DNA from: Malacoraja senta
Lineage: Eukaryota
Length of the DNA: 64,000 nucleotides
Reading direction: 5' to 3'
Assembly: GCA_038087875.1 (NCBI GenBank)
Contig: CM075995.1
Location: 10,356,001-10,420,000, forward strand
The notes below the pieces were generated by a model. It did no database searches and was not told the origin of the DNA. It was given only the letters and a program-made list of their open reading frames with translations. Position numbers and translations under genes: made by a program. Shown in pieces: positions 63,501 through 64,000 of this stretch (its first letter is position 1; every line of letters begins with the position of its first letter).

Positions 63501-64000
63501 CAGTCTATATCCAGTCAATGCTACCTACGTGTCAGAAGGAATTGCAGATACTGTTTTAAACAGAAGATATACACCTAAATATGGAGTAACCCCGCGGGTC
63601 AGACACCATTGCTGGACAAAAGGAATAGGTGACGTTTCGGTTCGAGATCATCCTGCAGATTGTATTCAGTCTGAAGAAGGATCTTGACTTGAAACGTCAC
63701 ATATTCCTATGCCCCGTAAATGTTGTCGGAGCCTCAGGGCTCCGCTGATAGACATCTGTTCGGAACACGAGCAAGTGGATACGATGCCGGAGGTAACGGA
63801 AGCCCCACATATCCCCGGGACCTGTCACCAGTTCACCCGCACAGGACTGCGATAAGTTCTCGCACGCTTCCTGATGCGCACGATCAACAGAGTGGAGTCT
63901 AACATTTATATCCTCATAATTTCAGCTGCGGAATCGTTGATTCAGATTCTGGGACGTCATTCACCTTCTATTGTGGAGGATCTGTCGGTCGATATGTGAA
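387..64000 (+). CDS. Multi-exon gene (internal part) for a tandem F-type lectin (fucolectin-like) protein with at least 17 domains
   Basis: Alternating 280-nt A and 161-nt B exons with cag/gt boundaries. Junctions G|AA (Glu, phase 1) and CT|N (Leu, phase 2) are in frame. FTLD motifs NVALG..TQSS, ANDGN, C..T....PWWRVDL, ITNR.DCC, GRYVNI and [10 protein letters not shown] are present. Confidence 0.9.
1202..1481 (+). CDS. FTLD exon A1
   Basis: ctaacag|AAAACGTG...AGACT|gtaagt; ORF 1207-1485. Confidence 0.9.
2262..2422 (+). CDS. FTLD exon B1
   Basis: ttcag|CTGTGG...AAAG|gtagg; 161 nt, open frame. Confidence 0.9.
2618..3700 (+). mobile_element. CR1 LINE, family b, 5'-truncated (RT C-terminus and 3' UTR)
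   Basis: ORF 2639-3535 with GVPQG and YADD; (GGTTATAT)n tail; short tctg duplication. Confidence 0.9.
3779..4957 (-). mobile_element. Degenerate CR1 LINE fragment (related to family a)
   Basis: Minus-strand RT fragments [11 protein letters not shown] and SKFADDT. Confidence 0.85.
5254..5421 (-). mobile_element. Short CR1 3'-end fragment (representative copy; present upstream of A2-A16)
   Basis: Matches the 3' terminus of CR1 family a (tagaaaataggtgcaggagtaggccatt...ctctctcttaaat). Confidence 0.75.
5467..5746 (+). CDS. FTLD exon A2
   Basis: ccacag|AAAAC...AGATT|gtaagt; ORF 5472-5750. Confidence 0.9.
6550..6710 (+). CDS. FTLD exon B2
   Basis: ttcag|GTGTGG...AAAG|gtagg; open frame. Confidence 0.9.
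7749..8028 (+). CDS. FTLD exon A3 (K-type)
   Basis: Splice consensus; [17 protein letters not shown]...CARTMK. Confidence 0.9.
8447..8600. mobile_element. Decayed Penelope-like inverted repeat (representative copy; one in every A-B intron)
   Basis: gtttcgggacgagaccttccttcag ... ctgaataagggtcacgacccgaaac arms; similar to 54774-54996. Confidence 0.55.
8822..8982 (+). CDS. FTLD exon B3
   Basis: Splice consensus; within ORF 8745-9038. Confidence 0.9.
9841..10120 (+). CDS. FTLD exon A4 (K-type)
   Basis: Splice consensus; near-identical to A3. Confidence 0.9.
10911..11071 (+). CDS. FTLD exon B4
   Basis: Splice consensus; within ORF 10837-11127. Confidence 0.9.
11929..12208 (+). CDS. FTLD exon A5 (K-type)
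   Basis: Splice consensus; TQSSTKQG. Confidence 0.9.
12996..13156 (+). CDS. FTLD exon B5
   Basis: Splice consensus; within ORF 12919-13212. Confidence 0.9.
13831..14110 (+). CDS. FTLD exon A6 (D-type)
   Basis: Splice consensus; TQSSTDEG...CASTRK. Confidence 0.9.
14646..17840 (-). mobile_element. CR1 LINE family a, copy 1 (end of ORF1 plus decayed APE/RT ORF2)
   Basis: Fragments [27 protein letters not shown]; frameshifts. Confidence 0.9.
18117..18277 (+). CDS. FTLD exon B6
   Basis: Splice consensus; [20 protein letters not shown]...[11 protein letters not shown]. Confidence 0.9.
18679..21760 (-). mobile_element. CR1 LINE family b, nearly intact ORF2 (APE endonuclease plus RT)
   Basis: 843-aa ORF 21752-19221 continued by ORF 19194-18808 after a 1-bp deletion; (ATATAACC)n tail on + strand. 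Confidence 0.93.
22444..22723 (+). CDS. FTLD exon A7 (K-type)
   Basis: Splice consensus; ORF ends 22727. Confidence 0.9.
23517..23677 (+). CDS. FTLD exon B7
   Basis: Splice consensus; open frame. Confidence 0.9.
24352..24631 (+). CDS. FTLD exon A8 (D-type)
   Basis: Splice consensus; [17 protein letters not shown]. Confidence 0.9.
25167..28039 (-). mobile_element. CR1 LINE family a, copy 2
   Basis: Same junctions as copy 1; internal deletion near 27840. Confidence 0.9.
28316..28476 (+). CDS. FTLD exon B8
   Basis: Splice consensus; open frame. Confidence 0.9.
29529..29808 (+). CDS. FTLD exon A9 (K-type)
   Basis: Splice consensus; ORF ends 29812. Confidence 0.9.
30529..30689 (+). CDS. FTLD exon B9
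   Basis: Splice consensus; CGFVDSVSG... Confidence 0.9.
31364..31643 (+). CDS. FTLD exon A10 (D-type)
   Basis: Splice consensus; ORF ends 31647. Confidence 0.9.
32170..35364 (-). mobile_element. CR1 LINE family a, copy 3
   Basis: Same junctions; RT and APE fragments. Confidence 0.9.
35641..35801 (+). CDS. FTLD exon B10
   Basis: Splice consensus; open frame. Confidence 0.9.
36320..36599 (+). CDS. FTLD exon A11 (D-type)
   Basis: Splice consensus; CSSTRK...FNSL. Confidence 0.9.
37451..38702 (+). mobile_element. CR1 LINE family b, 5'-truncated, nested
   Basis: ORF 37642-38616 RT; TTATATTG-type tail; host tatgttt duplicated. Confidence 0.9.
39096..39227 (-). mobile_element. Short Penelope-like (pLTR-type) insertion, nested
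   Basis: Flanked by duplicated acccatttagat; minus strand reads CTGAAGAAGGGTTTCGGCACGAAACGTT; same family as 54774-54996. Confidence 0.6.
40373..44426 (+). mobile_element. Near full-length CR1 LINE family b (ORF1 zinc finger/SGNH esterase plus broken ORF2), nested
   Basis: ORF1 CxxC...CxxC and GDS/GTND/DGLH motifs (40458-41392); ORF2 APE/RT with stops; GGTTATAT tail. Confidence 0.92.
40380..40450 (+). repeat. Three 24-bp tandem repeats in the CR1 5' UTR
   Basis: tttgtattgtatcc(c/a)g(a/g)gtaaggc x3. Confidence 0.85.
46016..46176 (+). CDS. FTLD exon B11
   Basis: Acceptor consensus; donor altered to AAG|gtaata; open frame. Confidence 0.85.
46178..46214. repeat. (TAA)n tract plus AT-rich insert at the B11 donor
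   Basis: taataataataataataaattttatttatatagtgct replaces the usual intron start. Confidence 0.75.
46856..47135 (+). CDS. FTLD exon A12 (D-type)
   Basis: Splice consensus; [13 protein letters not shown]...CSSTRK. Confidence 0.9.
47667..50657 (-). mobile_element. CR1 LINE family a, copy 5
   Basis: Same junctions; internal deletions. Confidence 0.9.
50933..51093 (+). CDS. FTLD exon B12
   Basis: Splice consensus; open frame. Confidence 0.9.
52133..52412 (+). CDS. FTLD exon A13 (K-type)
   Basis: Splice consensus; ORF ends 52416. Confidence 0.9.
52981..53833 (-). mobile_element. GC/CpG-rich non-autonomous retroelement-like insertion
   Basis: Absent from sister K-type introns; ggtttc duplicated on both sides; short CTTGAAT-like tail on minus strand. 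Confidence 0.65.
54054..54214 (+). CDS. FTLD exon B13
   Basis: Splice consensus; within ORF 53980-54270. Confidence 0.9.
54774..54996. mobile_element. Penelope-like inverted-repeat insertion
   Basis: About 74-bp near-perfect inverted arms; duplication of acatccaaatgagtac. Confidence 0.65.
55127..55406 (+). CDS. FTLD exon A14 (D-type)
   Basis: Splice consensus; ORF 55132-55410. Confidence 0.9.
55923..59066 (-). mobile_element. CR1 LINE family a, copy 6
   Basis: Same insertion site; APE ORF 58762-58094 and RT fragments. Confidence 0.9.
59342..59502 (+). CDS. FTLD exon B14
   Basis: Splice consensus; open frame. Confidence 0.9.
60136..60575 (+). mobile_element. 5'-truncated L1/Tx1-like LINE 3' end
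   Basis: ORF2 C-terminal-like [15 protein letters not shown]...[18 protein letters not shown] and poly(A); 17-bp TSD aaaataggtgcaggagt. Confidence 0.8.
60775..61054 (+). CDS. FTLD exon A15
   Basis: Splice consensus; [13 protein letters not shown]. Confidence 0.9.
61824..61984 (+). CDS. FTLD exon B15
   Basis: Splice consensus; [18 protein letters not shown]. Confidence 0.9.
62857..63136 (+). CDS. FTLD exon A16
   Basis: Splice consensus; ORF 62862-63140. Confidence 0.9.
63926..64000 (+). CDS. FTLD exon B16 (cut by window end)
   Basis: ttcag|CTGCGGAATC...; matches B15. Confidence 0.85.

Overview
Vertebrate genomic DNA, probably from a cartilaginous fish such as a skate or ray (inferred from repeat content only). 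The whole window lies inside one + strand spliced gene encoding a very long tandem array of F-type lectin (fucolectin/FTP) domains. Each 147-aa domain is split into a 280-nt exon A (ENVALG...NRL) and a 161-nt exon B (CGIVD...HGK). I find 16 A exons and 17 B exons (the last cut by the window end) in strict alternation. All have AG/GT boundaries and splice in frame without stops (about 7.1 kb, about 2,376 codons, at least 17 domains), with no start or stop codon in the window. Every domain has a non-canonical sugar-binding motif: R/S-X26-RAD-X4-Q instead of H-X26-RXD-X4-R/K. The introns hold two CR1 LINE families (one insertion copied six times by array duplication, plus younger nested copies), L1-like 3' ends, a GC-rich insertion, and Penelope-like inverted repeats with hammerhead-like motifs. 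Together these record the duplication and unequal-crossover history of the array.
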